DNA of 64,000 nucleotides, from the NCBI RefSeq assembly GCF_009914755.1, contig NC_060947.1. The stretch is one strand, 5' to 3'. The notes beneath the pieces were generated by a model that did not search any database, had not been told where the DNA came from, and saw nothing but the letters and a program-made list of their open reading frames with translations. The first letter of the stretch is position 1, and each line of letters starts with the position of its first letter. Of the stretch, positions 43,561-55,603 are shown piece by piece. This DNA is from the human T2T-CHM13v2.0 reference genome, Homo sapiens. The position numbers and the translations under genes were made by a program.

Positions 43561-44057
43561 TCAGGTGTCAGGGTTTTTAGGGTTTAAGGTTGGGGATTAG
43601 GATTACCAGTTTAAAATCTAGGAGTTAGGTTTTGGGCTTCCTCTGGAGCCTACATGGTCTGAGAAGGAAAAGCAATGAAATACTTCAGGTTTGGTGGTAC
43701 TTCAGATTCTGATCTTCAATCTGCCTGTTAACATACATTTTTAGTCTTCAAATTAGCTGCTCCATACATTCCATCTAGGATTTATAGTTGTGGGAGAGAC
43801 ACAATAGAGTGTGCTTTCTCCATCTTGCCCAGAATTTGAACTCCAGTGCAAAATAACCCTAACCCCAAAACTTGGTGTTATAAAACAATTGCGGTGTTTT
43901 ATTTCCTAAGGTTCAGGTTCAGGTGTAAGCTTTGGGATTAAGAAATTGAGTTCAGGTTAGGGTTTGAGTTCAGCTTGAGCTTCTGTTTTAGAATTAGTGC
44001 TGACATCAGGGATTGGGTTGGGATTATTATTGAGGTTTGGATTCATACTCAGATTGA

Positions 44058-44410
<353 letters not shown>

Positions 44411-45029
44411 TAGGATTGAGGTCATAGTCAGGGTTTGGTTAGGTTTAGGATTGATCAGGTTACAGGCATGGGTTCGGGTTTAGGGGTTTTGGTAAGGTTC
44501 TAGCTCAGGTTTGAGTTTAGGCTTAGAGTTTAGGGGTTCCATTTCAAGTTAAGACTCTGGATCAGTTTTATGGCTTAGGGATTTGGGTTCAAGTCTGGGT
44601 TAGATTTTGAGTTTGGAATTAAGGTTTATATTTATGGTTAGGGTTTAGGGTATAAGGCTTGGGTTAGGGTTAGTGTGGATGTTGAGTCTGAGGTTTGGGC
44701 TTAGTTTGAAATTTGGTTTGGGCTCAGGCTTGTACTCTGACTTGACTTTGATTTTAGGGTGTATGGATTCAGACTTGGGTTCTGGTTCAGGTTCAGAGTT
44801 TGGATTTGTATTTGTGTTAGGATTTGGGGTTGGATTAAAGGACATTATTGAAATGCAGTTTGGTTCTGGGCTGGAGTTAAGGTAGGGATTTGGTTCAGTT
44901 TGAGGTCTGTGTTGAAGCTCGGGCTCTGAGTCCAGTTCATGTTGGAGCTCTGACTAGAGCTCAGTTTGGACTAGAGCTTGGGCTCTGGCTGAGATTGAGA
45001 TTAGGACAGGGGCTTAGGATGGAGCTAGG

Positions 45030-45488
45030 TGCAGGATAGTTCTCCAGATATCCTTGGACCATCCCAGTTCTCCCTTCTTTCTCACTCGTAATTTTCAAGA
45101 ATAATTGTAGAATGTCTGGGAATGCAACACCCTGAGATAAGGAAGAGCTAGTTGGAACAGCCCAGGCTTTGTTCCAGTGCCCCTCACCCAGAACAGGATG
45201 TCATACGACGCTTTAGACAAGTAGTTCCTGTACTCCCCAGGGTATAAAATCCAGAGCAAACTGCTTTCCAGGATCCTTCAATTGCAGTGCAAGTGAGGCA
45301 TGCACAGACAAGACTCTATCTGCCCTGAGCAGCTTTCCTGAACCTTGGGGGACTGGCTCACAGTGAATCCTAGGCTTCTGTTTTCTCTTACTGCCTATTT
45401 GTAATTAATACATTTGCTTCATCATATAACTTGTCTCACCAGACCCAGACAAGTTGGTAAGCAGTGCACAGTGAACCTGCTTTATGCA
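45030..45488 (+). mobile_element. ERV solo LTR in the array (family undetermined)
   Basis: Sharp compositional break, TG...CA ends, TATA-like gggtataaaa at ~45240. Confidence 0.7.
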
Positions 45489-48050
45489 AGTTTATGGCTG
45501 GGGCTGGAAATGGTAATGGGATTGGGATTAGCTAGGTTTGGATTCTAGTTCAGGTTCAGATTTGGATTTAGGGTTTTCATGTTCAGGTTCAGGCTCTATC
45601 TTGGGTTTGGAGTTTAGTAGTTTGGGTTCAAGGTTCAGGTCTGGATTCAGATTTACAATTTGGGGTTTGGGTTCAGGATTATGATTTAGGTTTGGAGTCG
45701 GTGCTGGAGTGATTCACATTTGGGCTTGAGCTCTCACTCAGGTTTAGTTTTAAGTTTTAAGCCTGAGGTATCACTCTCATTCAATGTCAGAATTTAAGAG
45801 CAAATTTGATTGGAATTTGGTTTAAGATTACAGTTAGTGTTAGGGTTGAGTTCACGGTTTAAGTCGTGTTTTGAGTTTAGGTTTAGATTGGATTTATGGT
45901 TTGGGCGTGGGCTTGGGCTCAGACTCTGGCAATGGTTTTATGTTCAGGGATTTAGGCTTGGGTACGAATTCAGGTTAGAGTTGCTATTTGGCTCCAGGTC
46001 AAACTCAGGGCATGGGTCAGGTATTAGGTATATGATTGGAATAGAGGTCCGGGTTTGGGTGTGGTCTTGTTTGGATGCAGGGGTTGACTTGAGTTCAAGT
46101 TTGGATTTAGGGGTCTGGGCTGAGGACAATGTTGGCTCTAATTTATGGTTGTGGTTGGTTTTGGAATGTGGTTCAGGTTAGAGTTTTGGGCTCAGGTTTG
46201 AACTAGTGCTCTGCTCACACTGGAGTTGGTGCCATGGATGGGGACGGGGTTTGGGCCAGTGTTGAGGCTGGGTTTGAGTTTGGGACCATGGAAAAGGTTG
46301 AAGTTGAGGTTAGTGTTGGGATCAGGATTTGGGTAAAGGATCAGGTCAGGGTTTGGAATTAAGTCAGGATATGATCCCTCAGCCTGGGCCTTGCCTCAGA
46401 CTTGGTTTTAGAGTTTGGGTTTTGAATTCAGGTTAGTGGTCAGGTGCAGTGTTCTAGTCATGTTTGGAGTTTGAGTTTAGGGTTAGAGTATCAATTTGAG
46501 TTTGGGTTCATGCTTAGGCCTTCTTTTGGGGGCTAGGTTGAGGTCAAGGTGTAGCTCAGGCATAGGGTTTAGGTTTGGGTTTGGTTTTAGGATTCAGGCT
46601 TGGGCTGGGGTGTAGTTAGGTTCCAGTTAGGTTCTAGTTCAGGATTTCGGAGTTAAATTTTAGGTTCACATTCAGAGTTTGGATTGCGGTTCACATTCAT
46701 GCCCAGACTTGGGCTTTGACTCCATTTCAATATTATGGCTAAGGGCTTTGGATTAGGATTTTGATTGGGGTTCAGGTTTTGCCTTTAGGTTTGAGTCAGG
46801 CTTTAATGTTTAGAGTTTGAGTAAATTATGCTTTAATTTCAGAGTTTGGATTTAGGTTATATTTCAGGTTTAGGGCTTTAGTTTGGTGTAGTTGTGGTTG
46901 GGGACAGGGTTTGGAACCCAGGTTTGGTTCTGGGTTGAAGTCAGCATTGTGGTTGGGATTCAGGTTGGTGTTTGGTTCAAAATGGGTTTTGGGATTTGGC
47001 TTTGGCTCAAGCTCAGGCTCTATTTCTAGCTTGACAGCTCAAGCTCTCACTGGTGCTGGGACTGGGATTGATGTCAAGTGTGGGTGTGGGATGTCAGGGT
47101 TGGGTTTGGGGTTGGGGGCAGGATTTGAATTGGGTTTTTTATGGTGCTCAGGCTTGAGTCCTGACTTGGCTTTGTTTTGGGGTTTAGGGATTCCAGCTTG
47201 GGTTCAGGCTTTAGAAATTTGAGTTAGGTTCTAGTTCAGGTTTGTGTATATGGGTTTAGATTGGAGGTTGAGGTTGGAGTTTTTGGTTTTAAGAATTTAG
47301 GGTTGGGTATGTGGTTGGGGTTAGGAACGGTTGGGGACAGAGTTCAAGTCAGGGTCGATTTGGGGGTTGGGGTAAGGGTTTGGACTCAGCTTGGACTCAG
47401 TTCTCAGGCTGGGGCTTGGCATGGGCTGGAGCTGGCACTTGGACTTGGCCTGTTCTTTGAATGTACTGGGGCTAAGGCTTAGCCTGAATTGGGGATAGGG
47501 TTCAGGTTGTGACTAGAGTTTTTTGTTTCTGATTATGTTTGGATTAGGGTTGGGGTTGAGGTCAAAGTTCGGGGTTGGAATTTCATCAGGAGTATTGATC
47601 AGGATTCAGATCAAGCTCTGATTCAGGCTTGGTTTGGGCATTTAAGGGTATGAGTTCTTGTTCATGTTTACAGTTTGGGTCCTGGTTCATGTTTAGGGTT
47701 AAGGTTAATTTTAGGGTTGAAGTTCAGGTTCATATTCTGGTTGAGAGTTCACCTTTGGGTTTGAGTTGGCTTTACAGTTTAGGGTTCATGTTTGTGTTCT
47801 CCTTTGGATTTGTCTTTAGGGTTTAGATGTGAGGTCTGAGTAGTAGTCAAGTACGATTTTAAAGTTTAGGGTTGGTGTTGTGGTCAGAGTTGCTTTTGGT
47901 GTAGTGTCTAGGTTCATGCTCAGGTTTGTACCAGGGCTGAAGCTAGGGCTTGGCTTGGGTTGGGTTAGGGTTAGGGTAGGGTTGGGGTGCTGGTTTTGAC
48001 TAGAACTTGGGCTAGGATTGAGTTGGGGCTGCTTTGGATTATTGTGATTG

Positions 48051-48575
48051 TGTCGTGGAACCCCAGATTCAAACTCGTGTACCCAATGCACAGCTGAAGC
48101 CAAACACCGAGACACCAGTTCTTAGAGATAGAGAAAGGTTTATTAGATTTTGCCAAAGCAAGAAGGCGGGAGAGCAAGATCTGTCAAATCTGCCTTAACA
48201 AAAAGATGCAGCAAGTAGTTTTTATGCAGCTAGGGAATAAGGGAGTATTTCAGAGAACTGAAGGGCAACGTCTGTGTTTCTTCAATCTCAGATAACACCT
48301 GGAACAACCAGACTTCTGGGCATCAACAGCTGGTCGCAATGTCCTTCAAAACATTCATTCCTTCTGCCATTTTTTTTTTTTTCGTGGCCCTGAAGTTATC
48401 TCCTCCTGCTTGACAAAGAAAGAATATGTCAGTAGTTTATAATTATATTGTGGAAACAAGGAATAATGGGCCAAAAATGAGTAGTTAACATGTTTAAGCA
48501 GTGGTCTGATCAGAATTTTCATTATTTCAGTCACTAAAATGCTGGGATGCTGAAATCTCAAGGGGCCTGATTACA
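48051..48575 (-). mobile_element. ERV1-type solo LTR in the array
   Basis: TG...CA ends, near-TSD attg/gttg, antisense AATAAA (tttatt ~48139). Confidence 0.7.
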
Positions 48576-50251
48576 GTTGGATTAGGGTGGCATGGAGTCA
48601 AAGTTGGGAACAGCATTGGCCTTGATATGGACTGGTGTTCTGTCTTGTTTAGGCTTGGGCTCTGACTTGGGCTTGGTTTTAGGTTCAGGTTCAAATGTTC
48701 AGGTTCAGGTTCTGACTTGTGTTCAGTGTTTGGCTTTTAGTTGGGATTTAGTATTAGGGTTAGTATTAGGATGGGCTTGGGGTTTGGCTTGTTTGTCAGG
48801 TCAATGTTAGAATTGGGGTTCTAGGGCTAAGTTTTAGGGTTTAGGGGTTCAAGTACATGTTCTGGTTCACATGTAAGTATAGTGTTCTGGGATTTTGGTG
48901 GGGTTCAGCTTTGGGTTTGATTGGGGTTTGTGGTTGGGCTTGAACTTGGACTCTCACTTGTGCTCAGTTTCAATGTATAGGGGGGTTCGTGTGCTGGTTC
49001 AGTTTTAGTGTTGTGTTTCAAAGACCAGAGCCAAGATCACAATGGTAGAAGGCAGATTTAACCCAGAGGAGAGCAGACCCCAGAGTGCAGGGGGCGGGGT
49101 CCTGAGCTTAAAGGGTGGCATCGCCCTGGAGTTAGAGGAAACAGCCTGGCCCCAAATGGTGAAGCTGTGGAAACAAAAGGCTGAGCCACATGAGCATAGG
49201 CAGAGGCCTGAGCTTCAGGCCCAGGGTGAGCAGTCTCATCCTTAGATGGAGGAGCAGTGGGTGCAGCTGGGAACAAAAGAATGAGCCATGCCCCCAGAGG
49301 GCAGAACCGCAGGCCCAGATGTCAGTTTCATGGTTAAGGGTTTAGGTTTGGGTTAGAGTTTGGGATTAGTGTTTATGGTTAAAATTAGAGGTACAGTAAT
49401 GGTTGTAATTGGAGTTAGGTTTGGGTTTGGCTTTGACTTTGGGGCTTGGTATGGTTCAGGTTTATGCCTGGGTTGGGCTCCTGATTTAAGCTTGGTTTTA
49501 AAGTTTAGAAGTTTGGACTAAGGTTTTATTCAGCTTCAATGTTTGGCTTCAGGTTTCAGCTTGGGTTTAGAGTTTAGGTTTTGGGTCAGGTTACATTCGG
49601 TTTAAAGTTTGAGTTTGTGTTCAATTCTGGTTAAGGATTTTGGATTGGTGTAGGGGTCAGGGTTCAGGTCATGATCTGTTTGGAATTCAGAGTTTGGATT
49701 TGGGTTCAAGTTTGGGATCGAGGTTTATGGTAAGGGTTAGGGTTGGAATTGGAGTTGGGGTTTGATTCAGATTTGGATTGCAGTTTATGATGTCCTGGCC
49801 TGTGCATAGGCTCTGAATGAAGCTTGACTTTAGAGTTTAGGGGGTTGAATTAGGGTTTTGGTTCATGTTCATAGTTCACCTTCTGGTTCAACTTCAGGTT
49901 GGTATTGATGTTATGGATGGGATCAGGTTTGATGTCAGTGTCTGATTGGAATCTGGTTGGGGTTTGGGATTAGACTCTTGACTTGGGCTGGATTTTAGGG
50001 TATAGGACTTTGGCCTCAATTTGGGTTAGGGTTTAGTGTTTAGGACTAGGGTTCAGATGTGGATAGGATTTGTGGTTTTGTATTGAGGTCACGGTTATGA
50101 TTGACAAACAGGTCACATAAAGAGTTTAGGATTGTGGTTGGGACTTGGGCTTAGGCTCAGGATAGGGTTAATAGGTTTCAGTTGGATCCTAGTTTACATT
50201 TGGATTAAGTGTCAAGATTTCTGGATTTGGGTTCAAGTGTGGGGATGGTTT

Positions 50252-50751
50252 TGTAACAGTGAAACAGCAAAAAAACTAACATAACTAATTCTATTTTTGT
50301 TTAAGGGACATTTACCCATTCCTGCACATAGGCTAGGATAATTTTAGAGCACTGAGATAATATGGAAAAACAGCAATCACGTAGCTTTTAAAACTAACTC
50401 TGAGATTAAAGAAAAAAGCATGTAAACAACTAACTGTGTTTTGTTAAAAGACTTATAGGAGCATTGTGACCTGACCAAGGACAAAGAATTTCCCAACCTC
50501 CTCGGGCCCTCACTGGCGCCCAGATGTCTGAAGTTGTTGGTCACTTCTAGATCCCAACTCCTTCCTCTACCTCTTGCCTTTAACATTAAAAGAACCTAAA
50601 ATTTATAGTGACTTAAGATGATACTTTAGGATGCTAGCATGTCATTTTCTAGGTTTGCTGGCTTTCTTAATAAACCTGCTTTTCCTCTCACCTCCTGTCT
50701 CTTGAGTTTTGTCTTTCAAGTAGCAAGCAGCTGAACCTGGGTTCAGTTACA
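50252..50751 (+). mobile_element. ERV1-type solo LTR in the array
   Basis: tgtaac...gttaca inverted termini, AATAAA ~50669, near-TSD gttt/attt. Confidence 0.75.
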
Positions 50752-51876
50752 ATTTCAGGATACAGGCTCAATTCTGGTTTAGGACTTACGGTGGGTGTTA
50801 CCACTAGGGTTAGGGTGAAATTGATGTTGAGTTTCACTTTGGGATAATATTGAGTTTTGATTATGGTTTCAGATTTAGGCACTCAAGTTGAACTGGGGAA
50901 AATTGAGTTAGGGTTAGAGTCAGAAGTCTAGGTCAGGTTAAAGGTCAGGATCAAAGTTAGGGGTCAGAGATTGGGTCAGGGTCAGGGTCTGGGTTATAAA
51001 TATGGGTTGGGGTTGGTGTCTGGATCTGGGTTGGGTAGGGGTTGGGGTCAGGGTCAGGGTTGGATCAGGGTCAGTGTCAGCATAGGGTTAAGTTTAGGGG
51101 TTAGGGTTAGGTTTTGGATCAGTGTTGGGGTCAGGGTCGTTATCACATTTTCCTCATTAGTTTAGCTTTATAATAAGTGTTAGGGTACAGATGTGTGAGT
51201 TCCTTAAGTTTGTGTTTATTCAGTGTTGTCTATTATAGGTTTAGAAACAGTTTGCTGGGAATTTAATTGAGATTGCACTGAATATATAGATCAACTTTGA
51301 AGGAATTTTTATCTTAACTATGTCTAGTCTACCAATGGTGAATAAGGAATATCTCTGCATTTATTTACGTTTTGTTTCTTTTAACTGTGTTTCTAGTTTT
51401 TATGAATGCATATGTGTACCTTTTTAAAAAATTTATACTTAAGAACTTTAATTTTGAGGCCTGCTGTTGTAAATGATATTGATTTTTTTAAATACTGTAT
51501 TCCAGCTTTCAAATTCCAGTTTTATCCATACATAATTGCTGATACGTAGGACATCAATTGACTTTTGTCCGTTGACCATCTACTTTGCTTTTTATCTCTA
51601 TCCATTTTGGTCAAGGCAAGGGATGGTAGGCTCTCTTTCAGTTTTAATTTCCAAAATCATGGCATGGAATTATCAGAACAATGGATTTTCAGAGATTCAC
51701 GGGGACCGCAGGACCGCAGGCCTATGGGCACCACTAAATCGTGAGCGCCTGAGCATCCTGTACTGCCCCCAACGGCCTGTAGGGGCATGCAAACCCACCT
51801 TTTTGGACCCTCATGAGGCCCCCATGTTCCCTGCGTAGACATCCGGCACCTCCACAGTGAGGACCAAGCTTTGTTC

Positions 51877-52080
51877 TCAGGTTTCACCCAGGAGGTGCTG
51901 CTGTGGCTACAGGACAGCTGGGGGCCATGCCCAGGGAGGACCCAAATCTCCTTCTCCTCAGGACCCACCTGGGAGACCCCTCTGTGGCTAAGGAACACCT
52001 GGGGGTCGTGCCCAGGGAGGACCCAAGCCTCCTTCTGCTCAGGAGGGACCTGGGGAAGCACCCTGGCTTCAGGACACCTG
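51877..52080. repeat. GC-rich 81-bp tandem repeat, ~2.5 copies
   Basis: ctgtggcta...tgcccagggaggacccaa..ctccttct.ctcagga recurs at 51901 and 51982, with a partial copy near 52062. Confidence 0.8.
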
Positions 52081-52157
52081 AAGGTGAGGAATAAGGTTCC
52101 TGTCCATGCCCTGAGTGCAGAGGAGGGAACGCTGCCATATGTTTTACTTTCTCATGT

Positions 52158-52435
52158 TGTTAGGGATCCTTGGGGTGTTACTTTTCTGGCCGGAAACCTT
52201 TGTGGCTAGTGGAGCCTTTGCTGCAGTTTTACCCTGGCCCGCTGGACTCGTTCTACCCACTTGGCCTGGTAGGCTGCACTCAGCTCATGCTACTGGCCTG
52301 GAGCCCATGCCTGCCAAGGGCGAGTCAGGCGTGGAGTGGTGAGGGGTGTCTGAGCGATTGTAGGGTCTGGCCACTGCACAGCAGGCAGCTCAGGGTGCCG
52401 GCATGGGTGCTGGCTCTCTGCAAGGCTGTAGCTGG
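52158..52435 (-). mobile_element. MER52-like LTR fragment
   Basis: tgttagggatccttggggtgttacttttctggccggaaacc matches the recalled MER52 terminus. Confidence 0.7.
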
Positions 52436-52538
52436 ACTCTCTTTTCGGACTCAGCCCACCTGCACCCAGGTGAAATAAACAGCCTTGGTGCTCACACAAA
52501 GCCTGTTTGGTGGTCTCTTCACACTGACGCGCGTGACA
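52436..52538 (+). mobile_element. LTR7 (HERV-H) R/U5 fragment
   Basis: actctcttttcggactcagccc...aaataaacagcc..tgctcacacaaagcctgtttggtggtctcttcacac.gacgcgc. Confidence 0.85.
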
Positions 52539-52605
52539 CCAATGATGACCTTAAGTGATTTTTAATTAACTTCAGCTTAATAGGCCATCATTTTCAGGAC
52601 CCAAC

Positions 52606-54137
52606 TGTTAAAAGACAAAATTACAGCACATCTAGGTTTGCAGATCTTAATTGGCTTTTGTTTGAGATTCTAGAATCAGGCAGCAGTCTGGACCAAAAAT
52701 GGTCCAGAATGCTCTGCCACATGACATCTGCAGGTTATGTTTATAACCACAGAAAAGAAAGTGACATACAGAAAACAAGTGAAATACAGAGACAGCTCCA
52801 TTGGTTACAGCCTGGATTTGCCTTTATGGAACCTAGTTTGAACAGTTGGCCGCCTGCCATTGGCTGACACTTGGCAGCTGTGATTGGTTTAGCCTCAGCT
52901 ATTTGTTATAAAGACAGATTTCTAAGTCAGATTTTCAGTTTGTTTATATACTAACTTAGGTTGTAGTTCTTTACAAGGACTCGTTGGGAGGCTTCTAAAG
53001 CCCAAATTTAGTTTAACAACTCCCTCCTTTTGGTCAGCCTTTTAATTTTGAGAAATTGACCAAAACTTTTGGGCATTGTCACCATGACTCCACTCTCTGT
53101 CATCATTATAAATGGGCTTATTTGGTCTCAGTATGGAATTCAGAAGTTCTTATTTGGTCTCAGTTCCCACTGGGCAATAGCAGAACAGTGAGTTTTGTAA
53201 GATGGAAACAAGGAAACAGAACAATGGAAAATAACAGCTGATTGGTTATGTAAACCAAAAATAAGATTCTAAGGCCCCCAACCACCTGAATGGACTCCTC
53301 TCAGCCAAGGGGATTCCAGAGTTAACCTGAAAATCTAGTTCAGACCATTGTGGAAGAGGGGGTTGGACATGCCTCATTACACCCCTCCAGCATTAACATC
53401 AACACAGACCTTAGGTCTGATAAGAAACGTTTATAATCTTTTTTTCTCTGAAGCCTGCTACTTGGAGGCTTCATCTGCATAATAAAACCTAGGTCTCCAT
53501 AACCCCTTATCCACCCAGACATTCCTTTCTACTGATAATAACTCTTTCAACTAATTCCCAATCAGAAAATTTTTAAATCTATCTATGACCTGGAAGCCCC
53601 CACCCCGAGTTGTTCCACCTTTCCAGATCAAACCAGTGTAAATCTTACATGTGTTGATTGATGTATTATGTCTCCCTAAAATGTATAAAGCAAGCTGTAC
53701 CCTTACCAACTTGGGTAAATGTCATCGGGACCCCCTGAGGCTGTGTCACGGGTGTGTCCTTAATCTTGACAAAATAAACTTTCTAAATTCACTGAGACCT
53801 GTCTCAGATATTTTGGGTTCAGTTAATATCAGGTCCCTTTTTGGGTAAGGGTTAAAGCAGAGGGGATTTCCTTATGCTGACTCAGGTAGACTGGAATCCT
53901 TTCTTTTTCAGGAAACACTGGTCTGTTTTGGGATTTATCTGCTTCCTTAACACTTCAGTTTGGTTGTGTGGCATTTGGCGTCAGTTATTCCATCCTGGTT
54001 TGGCCTGGTCTGTTGTGGCCTAGTGCAGGAGCCCAGTTAATAACTCTCCCCTTTTGGTCAGGTTCTCACCTAGGTGACCAAAACATAGGGCATTAGTAGT
54101 ACTCTCAGTCACCATCATTTTGGGTTTCTGGTCTCAA
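52606..54137 (-). mobile_element. MER57-like LTR (52606-53018) with adjoining ERV1 internal 3' sequence
   Basis: tgttaa...ttaaca termini; PPT-like actccctcctttt immediately after the LTR. Confidence 0.62.
53249..53821 (+). mobile_element. MER4-family solo LTR
   Basis: tgtaaaccaaaaataagattctaagg...gggttca; TSD GTTA. Confidence 0.85.
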
Positions 54138-54832
54138 TGTAACGCCAAAGGTTCTTGCCTTAGCCACACCAAAGAATTGATGTGGCGGCAGCCCGCGGTG
54201 AGAGAGAGACACGGATCAGACTGAGAGAAAAAAGCTGTAGGCTTTATTGAGCAGAGTGGCAGTACAAAGCTTCCACAGCGTGGAAGGGGTCCTGGGCCGG
54301 TAGCCAGTGTTAGATTTTTTGATCACCCTTTAAACCCTTTAAGGCGGGAAATACGTGCGGCGGGAAAATGTTACCAGAGCGAGAAACAAAGACAATTAAC
54401 ATGTATCAGATCTTGAGGAAAACCGGAATTGTAACTTAAGGTTTATCTACTTTATGACCTTGCAGCGGCATGGCAAAGGAGACAGGATCTCACAGGATTT
54501 TACAAACTGTGTTTACAAGGAATCGGAATTGGGAGCATAGATAAGGTTTGCTGGTCACAGAAAAACGGGCTTTTAACATTCCTTTCAGTTTCAGGGGAGG
54601 GGGAAGGGAGAGAGGGAGCGAGGACACAGGGAAGCTTACAGCAAAAGTTTCGCTGTTTATAGCTTTCTTGGGGAAGAAAACACATGCACAAATTCTGATG
54701 TTAGGAATATTTTAAGCATATATCTTCAATATTATTCATCCAGGACCAAAGTAAGTCCTGTTGCAGAAAATGAGTTTCATAGCTTTCTGAGCCCCTGCTA
54801 GACCCAGGAAGCCCAGCTGGCACCTCCTCTCA
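54138..54832 (-). mobile_element. MER50-like solo LTR
   Basis: Reverse-complement start tgagaggaggtgccagctgggcttcctggg; TSD TCAA. Confidence 0.8.
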
Positions 54833-54877
54833 TCAACACATCGTTTCAGTAAAGTCAAGAAAACTTTATTCCATTAT

Positions 54878-55603
54878 TGTTACCAGTGGCAGGTATCCAA
54901 GTTACCCTGAGTTACTAACAGTGAATCCATATGTGTCTGCAGCAACTTCAGTTCTTGCCTCCTTAGGAGAAAGAATTCGACTGAGGGACATAAAGTGGAA
55001 GAAGAGACCAAGGCGAGTTTTAGAAGAAGAGTGTAAGTTTATTTTAAAAAGGCTTATAGAACAGGAAAGGAAGGAAAATTCGCTTTGAAAGAGACCCAAG
55101 TAGGCATCTGAAGGTCAAAGACAGCATTTAACTTTGATCCTAGGACTTTATAGGCTCACCTCTTTCCCATGATTTTTCCCTTAGGGTGGGCTGCCCGCAT
55201 GCACAGTGCCCTCCTTACCCTTGGGAACTGAGCACTTGCCGTCTTTTTAGGAAGCTTGTACGCGTGCCCATCTGAGGCTTTCCTCTCTTTTCTGGTGGAG
55301 TGTCCCCAGAAGGTCATACTTCACCATTTTGTCTCTTAAGCACATGCCCAGGAAGTTTCTTCTCCCTGTCATTTGCATTCAATTAACACTTCAATGTTAA
55401 CAGCTGTGGATCATCAGGAGATTCTCTCTCCCTGGTGCCCTGGTGCTGGCTGCCAAATTAAAAAACCTGCTTGTAACAGAAGTTGAATGGAGCTCATATC
55501 TACAGATATTTAGGTCTGAGTCTTCTGGGCAGCTGTCCTCATCTTAGCTCAAGTAAACTGTAAAATTCTATTTTGTGCCTCAGCTTCTTCCTTTAGGTCA
55601 ACA
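54878..55603. mobile_element. Composite ERV1 LTR sequence (antisense fragment joined to a sense LTR 3' end)
   Basis: TG...CA bounded; LTR-like motifs appear to switch orientation near 55460. Confidence 0.55.

Noticed and set aside
44645-51165. Gly-rich or Pro/Asn-rich ORFs resembling structural proteins
   Set aside because: Translations of the degenerate hexamer array.
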